From an uncultured Candidatus Bathyarchaeia archaeon (lineage in GTDB: Archaea > Thermoproteota > Bathyarchaeia > Bathyarchaeales > Bathycorpusculaceae), in assembly GCA_964450845.1 (NCBI GenBank), contig CAYVGZ010000004.1, positions 1-48,816 of the forward strand: DNA of 48,816 nucleotides, read 5' to 3'. Shown here in pieces: positions 1 through 7,617 of this stretch; the stretch's first letter is position 1; each line of letters starts with the position of its first letter. The translations under genes and the position numbers were made by a program. A model generated the notes under the pieces. It saw only the letters and a program-made list of their open reading frames with translations. It was not told the DNA's origin and did not search any database.

Positions 1-424
1 AAGCCTCTATCAAATCATCCCCAACATAACACTGCTTCTCCAAAGCCCTACACTTAGCCCAAAACCCTTCACCAACAGAAACCTCAGGAACAATAACCGC
101 ATCAAAACCACCATCAGCCTTCGCAACACATTCACCAACAACGTTAGGCGTCAACTCCATATCAGAATCCACAAACAAAACAAACTCACCCCTCGCAAAA
201 CCAGCCCCAACATTCCTAGCCCTAGACCTACCAGCCCTACACAAAACAACCCTAACCCCACAACTCTCCGCTATTTCCCTCGTCCTATCAGTCGAATAAT
301 TATCCACCACAATAACCTCAACATTCCCATAACTCTGCGCTCTAATAGACTTCAAACACTTTTCCAAAAACCTTCCAGAATTAAAAGTCGGAACAACAAC
401 AGAAACCAAAGGCTTACCCTTCAT
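1..424 (-). CDS. Family 2 glycosyltransferase (partial, runs off the window edge; absent from the ORF track)
   Basis: Manual translation from ATG at 424: MKGKPLVSVVVPTFNSGRFLEKCLKSIRAQSYGNVEVIVVDNYSTDRT...SRARNVGAGFARGEFVLFVDSD, a GT-A fold with a DxD motif. Overlaps the upstream stop at 414. Confidence 0.9.
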   Translation of the reverse strand, partial: MKGKPLVSVVVPTFNSGRFLEKCLKSIRAQSYGNVEVIVVDNYSTDRTREIAESCGVRVVLCRAGRSRARNVGAGFARGEFVLFVDSDMELTPNVVGECVAKADGGFDAVIVPEVSVGEGFWAKCRALEKQCYVGDDLIEA

Positions 425-1517
425 TCACAACGCCTCTAATAACCCTCATAAACTCCTCCGCCGTCCGATCCCAACTAAACCCACGCGCATATTCTAAAGC
501 ATTCAAGCTAAGCCTCTCCCTCAAACCCTCATCCCCCAAAACCACAAGAAGCTTCTCCGCCAAATCCCCCACATTCCCACTCTCCGCCAACAAACCAGTC
601 ACACCATCCCGCACACTATCTCTTAAACCAGCCACATCATAGGCAACACAAGGCGTACCAAGCGCATTAGCCTCAACAACATTCAAACCCCAACCCTCAC
701 GCACACTAGGATTCACCAAAGCCCAACTCCGCCCAACCAAACCCCTCCGCTCCACATCACCCAAACCACCAAAAAACCTCACCCCAACACCACCCAACCG
801 CTCCAACCCACTCCTAAAACCACCATCCCCAACAACCCACAACTCCGCATCCGAAAACCTCTCCCTAACAACCCTAAAAGCCTCAACAGCATGATCAGGA
901 CGCTTAGCACGCTTCAACCTCCCAACAAAAACAACAACCGGATAACTTTCCTTCTCTGGGACCTCATCCAGAGGCTTAAAGTTCAAACCTTCAGGAACAA
1001 CAAAAACTTCCTTAAACCCTAAACCGAGCAAATCCTGCCTCGTGCTCTCAGAAACGGTAACGGTAGGAGCGTCAACATAATTCTTTAACCATCTTTTCTC
1101 GAGGAAATGATAGCCAATGTAACTTATGGGAAAAGACGTCTCATAAAACCAGTATTCCTTAGCCAACTGATGAATCAAAGCAACAATCTTCTCGCCATTC
1201 TTCACAAACTTCGGCATGAGAAAAGGCCTAGTGTTAATCTCGTCAATAACAACGTCGTAACCCTCTTTTGAAAAACGTTTTCTATAATACGTTTTAGCTC
1301 TCCAATAAACCGAATACCTCCCACCAGCCCTAACAACCCTAACCCCATCCACAACCTCTTCTCTTCTACAATTTGGAAACTCGGAAGTAAACAAAGTAAC
1401 TTCATGCCCTGCCTTAACCCACCTCTTAGCATTCTCATAAGTGAAAACTTCAGCCCCACCCATAGCTGGGTTAAGCCAACAACGCCAATTAAAAACCAAA
1501 ATCCTAAGAGACTCCAC
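414..1517 (-). CDS. Family 4 glycosyltransferase (GT-B)
   Basis: GGAEVF N-terminal motif, VFVGRL..KR, and EGWGLNVVEANALGTP (ExFG-like E-x7-E motif). The ORF is open to 1568; the likely start is GTG at 1517, overlapping the previous stop. Confidence 0.92.
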   Translation of the reverse strand: MESLRILVFNWRCWLNPAMGGAEVFTYENAKRWVKAGHEVTLFTSEFPNCRREEVVDGVRVVRAGGRYSVYWRAKTYYRKRFSKEGYDVVIDEINTRPFLMPKFVKNGEKIVALIHQLAKEYWFYETSFPISYIGYHFLEKRWLKNYVDAPTVTVSESTRQDLLGLGFKEVFVVPEGLNFKPLDEVPEKESYPVVVFVGRLKRAKRPDHAVEAFRVVRERFSDAELWVVGDGGFRSGLERLGGVGVRFFGGLGDVERRGLVGRSWALVNPSVREGWGLNVVEANALGTPCVAYDVAGLRDSVRDGVTGLLAESGNVGDLAEKLLVVLGDEGLRERLSLNALEYARGFSWDRTAEEFMRVIRGVVNEG

Positions 1518-2244
1518 GCTGATACCACTTTTTAATCCTAAGCCTATACGTAATCCCCAGCAAATCATAAAGCATCCGCCAAATCTCCCTAAAACTAAAC
1601 CTACTGCTAAGCTTCAGCTTAACAGGCAACTCCACAACACGCAAACCATAAAGCCTAGCCAAAACCAACAACTCCACATCAAAAGCGTACCGCTTAACAC
1701 TCAAACGCCTAAAAACCTCACAGAAAGCCTCACGCCTAACAGCCTTAATCCCACACTGCGTATCACTAACCCGCACACCAGTCAACAACCTAACCAAAAC
1801 ATTAAACCCACGACTCAACAACCTCCGAACAAAAGACATCTCAACAACCGAATCCCTATGCCACTTAGAACCAACAACAACATCCCCATGCTTCAAAGCA
1901 TCAACATACCGCCTAACCTGACCAACATCAACATCCAAATCACTATCAACAAAAACAACCGCATCACCAACAGCCTTCCAAAACCCAGTCTTAACAGCAA
2001 ACCCCTTCCCAACATTACGACCATAACCAACAACCCTAACATACCATTTCCCAGCAGCATAACCAGAAGCCCTCAAACGAGTATCATCCGCACTACCATC
2101 ATCAACCACAACAATCTCACAACGCAAACCATCACCATTAACAACAGAATCCAACCTCTCCAAAACACCCTCTATAAACTCACCCTCATTATAAGCAGGC
2201 AAAACAAAAGAAACAACAGGCCTATCCAATAGCTCGTCCACCAC
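1504..2244 (-). CDS. GT2, dolichol-phosphate mannose/glucose synthase-like
   Basis: VLPAYNE, VVDDGSADDT, GKGFAV, FVDSDL, DTQCGIK, FDVELL motifs. Confidence 0.88.
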   Translation of the reverse strand: MVDELLDRPVVSFVLPAYNEGEFIEGVLERLDSVVNGDGLRCEIVVVDDGSADDTRLRASGYAAGKWYVRVVGYGRNVGKGFAVKTGFWKAVGDAVVFVDSDLDVDVGQVRRYVDALKHGDVVVGSKWHRDSVVEMSFVRRLLSRGFNVLVRLLTGVRVSDTQCGIKAVRREAFCEVFRRLSVKRYAFDVELLVLARLYGLRVVELPVKLKLSSRFSFREIWRMLYDLLGITYRLRIKKWYQRGVS

Positions 2245-2479
2245 GCGAATTCCTCACAAAACAAACCAACTGCGTAACAACACCAGCCACAAGCATGAAA
2301 TACGCCACAACAGCCACACCCTCAGCCAACCCACCCATCCCAAAAACCAGCATAACAGCACAAGCCACCAACAACCCTTGAAAACCAACAATGAAAACAG
2401 CTCCAGGATTCTCCCTAAAAAACCGCTTAACCCTAACCAGAAAAGAACTAGCCCCAACCCTAAACCGTACCATACTCAT
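2222..2479 (-). CDS. Small membrane protein (2 TM) of the glycosylation cluster
   Basis: Two hydrophobic stretches (PGAVFIVGFQGLLVACAVML; GVAVVAYFMLVAGVVTQL); overlaps both neighbours. The ORF is open to 2515. Confidence 0.65.
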   Translation of the reverse strand: MSMVRFRVGASSFLVRVKRFFRENPGAVFIVGFQGLLVACAVMLVFGMGGLAEGVAVVAYFMLVAGVVTQLVCFVRNSRGGRAIG

Positions 2480-3944
2480 AAGCAGCAATCCGTCCACTAC
2501 GAAAAACCTCAACAAAACAAGAAGGCAAACTCACCAAACCATGCCAACCCCCACTGGAAACCCACCAAACCAAATAAACCCGCCCATACCCATTCCCAAA
2601 AGTCACCCGAGCTGCCTCCTCAGGACCAGCATAACCATAACGCACAACACGAACGCCATTATTCAAATACAAAAAAGCCCAACCCTGAAAAACATCATGA
2701 ACCAACAAAACCCCATCATCCCCAACATTAGCCTCAACCCATTTCAAAACATTAACAACATCCCCGCAATCGCTTAAAGGCACACTATTCTGCAACATAG
2801 AGGAAGGAACATAATATGGAAAAACCCTAAAATAGGGAAAAGCGGCTTCCGCAGGCAGAAAAACAAAACTAAAACTCAACACAACCAGTAACCCAGCCCA
2901 AACCTTCTTCCAAAACCCAAAATTAAGCCGTCCAAATCCCTCAACAGCAAAAAACGCCATTGGAAAAGCAAGCAACAAAATCCACCGATAACCCAGAGGT
3001 GCAAACGAAAGGAACAATGGAAACAAAACCGCAATCAAACACCAAATGCCCCAAACCTTAAGCTCCAAACTCCTAAAACCCCTAATTCCAACAAAAACAA
3101 AAGGCAAAAGAGGCAAATAACAATAGAAAAGAAACCCCAAAGTGTCCGCTACTCCTTCAAAAACAGACGAAAAACCAAACAGAGAAAGCCACCCCAACTC
3201 CGAACCTGCAAGACTAGCAGCCGAAACACTGAGCAAAACCGCAAAGTCAGCATAAACAACCAAACCAAAAAGCACCACAGCAGGTATACTGGACAAAATA
3301 AGACGCCACACAGCATCATAACTACAGCTAACCAACTTTTTCAAAACCACCGTAAAAACCACGGCGAACATTATCGCAGCCACAAGCTGATGCGCCAAAA
3401 CCACCAGAACCATGCACGACAAAAGCAAACCGAACAACTTCCATCGACCCTTACTCAAACACCCATGCAGCATGATCAAAAAGGCAAAGAGAAAAATCAA
3501 CCCCAACTCGCATCTAAGCATATCCCACGAAATCCGCAAAGCAACAAAATATAAAGCAGCCAGCAAAGAAACAAACAAACTCTTCTTGGAAGACCATTCA
3601 AAAGCCTTCTTTGCGTATAAATAAATGGCAAGTGTAAGGAAACCATGCAAAAGTGGAGGCAAAATCTTGAGCGAAACAATCAATGGAACACCAGCCGAAA
3701 CCAACCCCGCTAAAAATAAATAAAAAAGGGGCGCGTAACCGATAATTTCCCAAAAACCAACATCACTATTAATCAACCTAAACGTGACTGGAACATAGTA
3801 ACTAACAGTGTCAAAACCAACAATATATTGTCCCATAATAATCTCAGGCAAAATCCGCACCAACAAAGGCACAAAAAAAGCCAAAATAGGAAAGGTTTCA
3901 TAGCGACTAGCAAAAATGGAAAATCTCGAAAAATACGTTGTCAA
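2460..3944 (-). CDS. Polytopic membrane protein, putative GT-C fold glycosyltransferase (ArnT/PMT/AglB-like architecture)
   Basis: Many hydrophobic segments, an acidic residue in the first loop (VGFDTVSYY), a C-terminal soluble domain (DVVNVLKWVEANV...), and location among GT genes. Confidence 0.6.
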   Translation of the reverse strand: MTTYFSRFSIFASRYETFPILAFFVPLLVRILPEIIMGQYIVGFDTVSYYVPVTFRLINSDVGFWEIIGYAPLFYLFLAGLVSAGVPLIVSLKILPPLLHGFLTLAIYLYAKKAFEWSSKKSLFVSLLAALYFVALRISWDMLRCELGLIFLFAFLIMLHGCLSKGRWKLFGLLLSCMVLVVLAHQLVAAIMFAVVFTVVLKKLVSCSYDAVWRLILSSIPAVVLFGLVVYADFAVLLSVSAASLAGSELGWLSLFGFSSVFEGVADTLGFLFYCYLPLLPFVFVGIRGFRSLELKVWGIWCLIAVLFPLFLSFAPLGYRWILLLAFPMAFFAVEGFGRLNFGFWKKVWAGLLVVLSFSFVFLPAEAAFPYFRVFPYYVPSSMLQNSVPLSDCGDVVNVLKWVEANVGDDGVLLVHDVFQGWAFLYLNNGVRVVRYGYAGPEEAARVTFGNGYGRVYLVWWVSSGGWHGLVSLPSCFVEVFRSGRIAAYEYGTV

Positions 3945-5200
3945 ATTTCTTCTAAGGTTACTGACTTAATTGTACCGGTCTTCTCAGTCTTCAGCCACTT
4001 TCTTGGTCTACGTAGCAAAATAAGTAGCAGAGCATAAAAAGCAACAAACGCCTGCAAACTCCAGTAAAAATAGATAAAAGGAAGCCACAACAAATTCGCC
4101 ATCTTCCTTGGCTTCGAAACATAAACCAAAGCAAAACCACAAACAAGCACAGTAAATGTCGTAACTACCGCCGTAAACTGCATCACAACCTGCCACAAAA
4201 CATCTAGAGGAAAACTTGCAAAGAACGAACCAGAAGCAGCCAGATAAGTCAACAACGAAGCAATCAATATAAAAGGCCCAAAAAGAGTCAACTCGGCATC
4301 AATGCTTTTCCTATTCAACCTAGCCATTAACCTGCCATACTTAAAAGCAACTTCCATCGTCCCCCTGAACCACCTTGTCCTCTGCCTAAACAATTGCCTC
4401 AAATCAGAAGCGCTTTCCTGCCAAGACCTCACATCTGGCGCATACCTAATCTTATAACCCTTTTCTGTAAGCCTCGCCGAAACCTCCATATCCTCAGACA
4501 AAGAACCCTCATCAAAACCTCTCAGCCTTTCCAAAACATCACGCCTAAAAAACTGACAACTCCCCTTCAAATGAACAAACAAATCCAAAACATCCTTACC
4601 ACGTAAATACGCCTCACACCAAACAGCCTCCTCATAAGAGATAAACTTGGTCAGCATGTTTTCCTCAGAATTAATTGACAACGTTCTCCCCTGAACAGCA
4701 GCAACTGTGGGGTCTTCAAAATACCTATACACATTCTGCAAAGCATCCTGAGCAGGGACGTTATCCACGTCAAAGATTCCAATGATTTGACCCTTAGCAC
4801 GCATAATTCCGTAATTCAAGGCTGAAGGTTTGCCATTACAAGATGGTTTACGGAGAACCTTTACGTTCAAGTTTTTTTCTCTAGCATATTCTCTGCAAAC
4901 CTCAAGAGTTTTGTCAGTGGACCCATCCTCAACAATAATTATCTCTCTCTTATCCGCCGGATAACTAAGTCTGGACAAAGCATCCAACACTCTGCGTACA
5001 ACTTTCTCCTCATTTTTCACAGGCACAACAATTGAAAAAACAGGCAGATTCTTCTCCCCCAAAAACTTTTCATTGGTTCTCCGCTTGCTTCTGCGCAGAT
5101 TTCTAACCCCAGCAGTTAAAATGGGTAAATTATAAAATGACCAGACAAAGACAAGGAAGAATATGCAAATTAAGACCGTATATATAAGGTTCAACATCAC
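3941..5200 (-). CDS. Membrane GT2, cellulose synthase/IcaA-like processive glycosyltransferase
   Basis: N-terminal TM, VVPVKNE, EDGSTD, GKPSALN, FDVD, SEDME, QRTRW (QxxRW motif), C-terminal TMs. Confidence 0.88.
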   Translation of the reverse strand: MMLNLIYTVLICIFFLVFVWSFYNLPILTAGVRNLRRSKRRTNEKFLGEKNLPVFSIVVPVKNEEKVVRRVLDALSRLSYPADKREIIIVEDGSTDKTLEVCREYAREKNLNVKVLRKPSCNGKPSALNYGIMRAKGQIIGIFDVDNVPAQDALQNVYRYFEDPTVAAVQGRTLSINSEENMLTKFISYEEAVWCEAYLRGKDVLDLFVHLKGSCQFFRRDVLERLRGFDEGSLSEDMEVSARLTEKGYKIRYAPDVRSWQESASDLRQLFRQRTRWFRGTMEVAFKYGRLMARLNRKSIDAELTLFGPFILIASLLTYLAASGSFFASFPLDVLWQVVMQFTAVVTTFTVLVCGFALVYVSKPRKMANLLWLPFIYFYWSLQAFVAFYALLLILLRRPRKWLKTEKTGTIKSVTLEEI

Positions 5201-5228
5201 AAGTTTACTCTTTCACCCACAACATGGA

Positions 5229-5612
5229 TTACCGATAGAGCCCTCTAGAATCGTTGATGTGCATTACTGCCAGAAACCTTGCAAATGACAGGTCCGACAT
5301 CCAACTTTTAGCGAAGGGGTTTCCCCACCTTTGAGCAACCAAACTGAGCTTACGGGCAAGTGGAAAGCCAACATGCTTCGTGGCATATAACACTCTGCTT
5401 TTAACAGCTTCCTCTAGCTTCTTTACTATAGATAATATGTTTCTAGCCAATGTAAAGCTACGTATTCTATCGGCAACTTTTAGCGTTAAATCAACTAATG
5501 CTCGATCAATTCTGCTTAAAACCCTGAACCAGGTACCGCATCTGAGAGCTTTCAACTTTAAGTCAAGCAGATTCTTTCTTCCAAGTTCAAAGAAAGTAAC
5601 CCTTTCCACCAA
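5229..5612 (-). CDS. Hypothetical basic helical protein
   Basis: 127-aa ORF (LKLKALRCGTWFRVLSRIDRALVDLT) resembling an uncharacterised TACK family I recall; function unknown. Confidence 0.65.
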   Translation of the reverse strand: MVERVTFFELGRKNLLDLKLKALRCGTWFRVLSRIDRALVDLTLKVADRIRSFTLARNILSIVKKLEEAVKSRVLYATKHVGFPLARKLSLVAQRWGNPFAKSWMSDLSFARFLAVMHINDSRGLYR

Positions 5613-5736
5613 CCCGACACTCTCATCGATTCTGTTTCCGAATCGAATTCGTACTAATATCTAAGCTTGAATATATAGAATTTTCTATTTCACCAAAAAT
5701 TACACAAACAAAACCAAAAAAAGCAAACTAACCCAG

Positions 5737-5931
5737 ATGACACAACTGCAGAAAAGCCGAGACATAAAGCGCGCGCTGCCCAAAATACTGAAAAAATGGT
5801 TTTTGTACAATTTCGATATGGCACAGGCGTACGGAAAAGGCATTTTTACTGCAAACGTGGAGATGGTGCGTGCCTCATTGCGCGAATTGAAGACATTGGA
5901 AGCAAGGTTAAGACCTTACCCATTCGTTTAA
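5737..5931 (+). CDS. Small hypothetical protein
   Basis: 64-aa ATG-started ORF filling an otherwise empty interval; no motif recognised. Confidence 0.4.
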   Translation: MTQLQKSRDIKRALPKILKKWFLYNFDMAQAYGKGIFTANVEMVRASLRELKTLEARLRPYPFV

Positions 5932-6120
5932 CGGGATAAGTTGATCCGTTTATCCGTCCACGCCTTCGGGAGGCACGGCTTATGTAGACATATAAAAAGG
6001 GGAAACGTGTTTAAAACCATTTCCTTTCAGAAACGTTTTCATTAAAAAACGTGGCTGTGGATTTTACATGTTGGTTATAACTCTGGATTATTAAACCTTA
6101 AACCCTTTATTTTTAGATGT

Positions 6121-6255
6121 CAAGTAGAATTTCTGAATGCGGTATGGCTGTGTAAGGTTATGGAAGATTCTGTTCCTAAAAGAGTTTCACGTGGATTGGA
6201 ATGCGTAATTGCTGGAGATGAAACATGTGAATTTGAAGTTAAACCAAGAATTTAG
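6121..6255 (+). pseudogene. Probable remnant of a V4R-domain gene (C-terminus only)
   Basis: The frame reads ...LECVIAGDETCEFEVKPRI*, matching the V4R C-terminal CxxxGDxxCEF motif. An in-frame stop at 6043-6045 truncates it upstream. Confidence 0.5.
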
Positions 6256-6283
6256 GCGATGCAACATGCGTTTATTTTCACCA

Positions 6284-6442
6284 CTACGGCAAAGGAAATT
6301 CGTGTCCGCATTTAGGGCATTTAGCCATTCCGCATTGTACAAGAGATGGACAACCAGAACAAGCAAATGCTCTGCCATACGTTATGTCGAAGGCGAAACC
6401 GCACTTAGGACATCTCACTATATGTTTCGGTTGCGAAGCCAT
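6284..6442 (-). CDS. Small CPxCG-type zinc-finger protein
   Basis: MASQPKHIVRCPKCG...CSGC...C...CPKCGHEF; 7 Cys in 52 aa. Confidence 0.75.
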   Translation of the reverse strand: MASQPKHIVRCPKCGFAFDITYGRAFACSGCPSLVQCGMAKCPKCGHEFPLP

Positions 6443-6610
6443 TTTCTGCCTATTTCTCCAAATCAACCATTGAGCGAAATTTTAAAAACCTTTCTGGAAA
6501 TGTTTGACAAATTTAATGCGGAAATTTTAACAACTTTGAAAACAATTAAATATTATGACTCATTTCATATGAAAAAGTGTCCACTAAGAAATAGTTAGTC
6601 TGGGAAGAGA

Positions 6611-7603
6611 ATGCTGAAAACGGAAAAAACGCAACGATTAGAACTTTACAAGGACCGCAATACGCAAGTTCTTTTGAATAAATTTTTAAGCGATGAAATA
6701 AGCGAACTTGAACCCGTTTATGACCATAAGCTTGGTTACCGTTATCCGACGGTTGAAGCAATTGTTGGCGACGCTTCAAGTGCGGAGGCATTCTTGAGTA
6801 GACTTCACGCGGCTGGTATATTGGAAAGAAGACTCTATGACAAAATTATCTATTGCCCAAAATGTGGTTCCGCAAACATTTCTATTCACTATTCTTGTCC
6901 ATACTGCAAATCATTTGACATCCAAAGAAGCGCTCTAATTGAGCATGTTAAATGCGGTTACATGGATGTTGAAGAGAACTTCAGGAAAGGCAACAAGCTT
7001 GCATGCCCAAAATGTCGTGAGGAATTGAAAAAGCTTGATGTTGATTATAGAAAGGCTGGAATGTGGTGCACTTGTAAGGATTGTGGCAAAAGCTTCGATA
7101 TTCCTGTTGCTGCACATTTCTGCAGAGACTGCCACACAAACTTCATGTTTGAAGATGCTGTGATTAAAGATGTTTACGTTTACAGCCTAAAAGCAGAGGC
7201 GAAAGAAGAGGTTGCCTTAGGCTGGGTTTTAATCGCTCCAATAAGAGAATTTCTTGCGGAAAATGGGTTCGAGGTTGAAAGTCCAGCCTTTTTGAAAGGT
7301 AAATCTGGAGCAAATCACATGTTTGACATTGCGGCTTATAAGGGAGAAGGCACACGAAAAGTAGCAGTAATTGATTTGGCAACAACAACTGAAAATGCTG
7401 TCACGGAACAACCAGTGATCGCCCTGTTCGCTAAAATATTTGATGTTTCACCAGACAGTGCCTACCTAATTGCAATTCCAACAATTAGCGAAAACGGAAA
7501 GAAAATGGCTGAATTATACAACATCAACGTCATAGAATCGAAAAACCAGAAAGAAGCAATAAACGCATTAAAAAATAAACTGCTTATGAAACAGGGCAAA
7601 TGA
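6611..7603 (+). CDS. TackOD1-like Zn-binding domain fused to a PD-(D/E)XK (restriction endonuclease-like) domain
   Basis: Six CxxC-type pairs (CPKC, CPYC, HVKC, CPKC, CKDC, CRDC), followed by GFEV...KGKSGANHMFDIAA...VIDL. Confidence 0.7.
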   Translation: MLKTEKTQRLELYKDRNTQVLLNKFLSDEISELEPVYDHKLGYRYPTVEAIVGDASSAEAFLSRLHAAGILERRLYDKIIYCPKCGSANISIHYSCPYCKSFDIQRSALIEHVKCGYMDVEENFRKGNKLACPKCREELKKLDVDYRKAGMWCTCKDCGKSFDIPVAAHFCRDCHTNFMFEDAVIKDVYVYSLKAEAKEEVALGWVLIAPIREFLAENGFEVESPAFLKGKSGANHMFDIAAYKGEGTRKVAVIDLATTTENAVTEQPVIALFAKIFDVSPDSAYLIAIPTISENGKKMAELYNINVIESKNQKEAINALKNKLLMKQGK

Positions 7604-7617
7604 AAGCATTTTTCAGT

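Noticed and set aside
1441-2777. Long plus-strand ORFs (263, 117 and 128 aa) rich in N/P/T/Q/K
   Set aside because: They are antisense shadows of well-supported glycosyltransferase genes; the strong C/A skew removes stop codons.
6209-6598. 129-aa plus-strand ORF
   Set aside because: It overlaps the better-supported minus-strand Zn-finger gene and the V4R-like frame, and has no recognisable motif.
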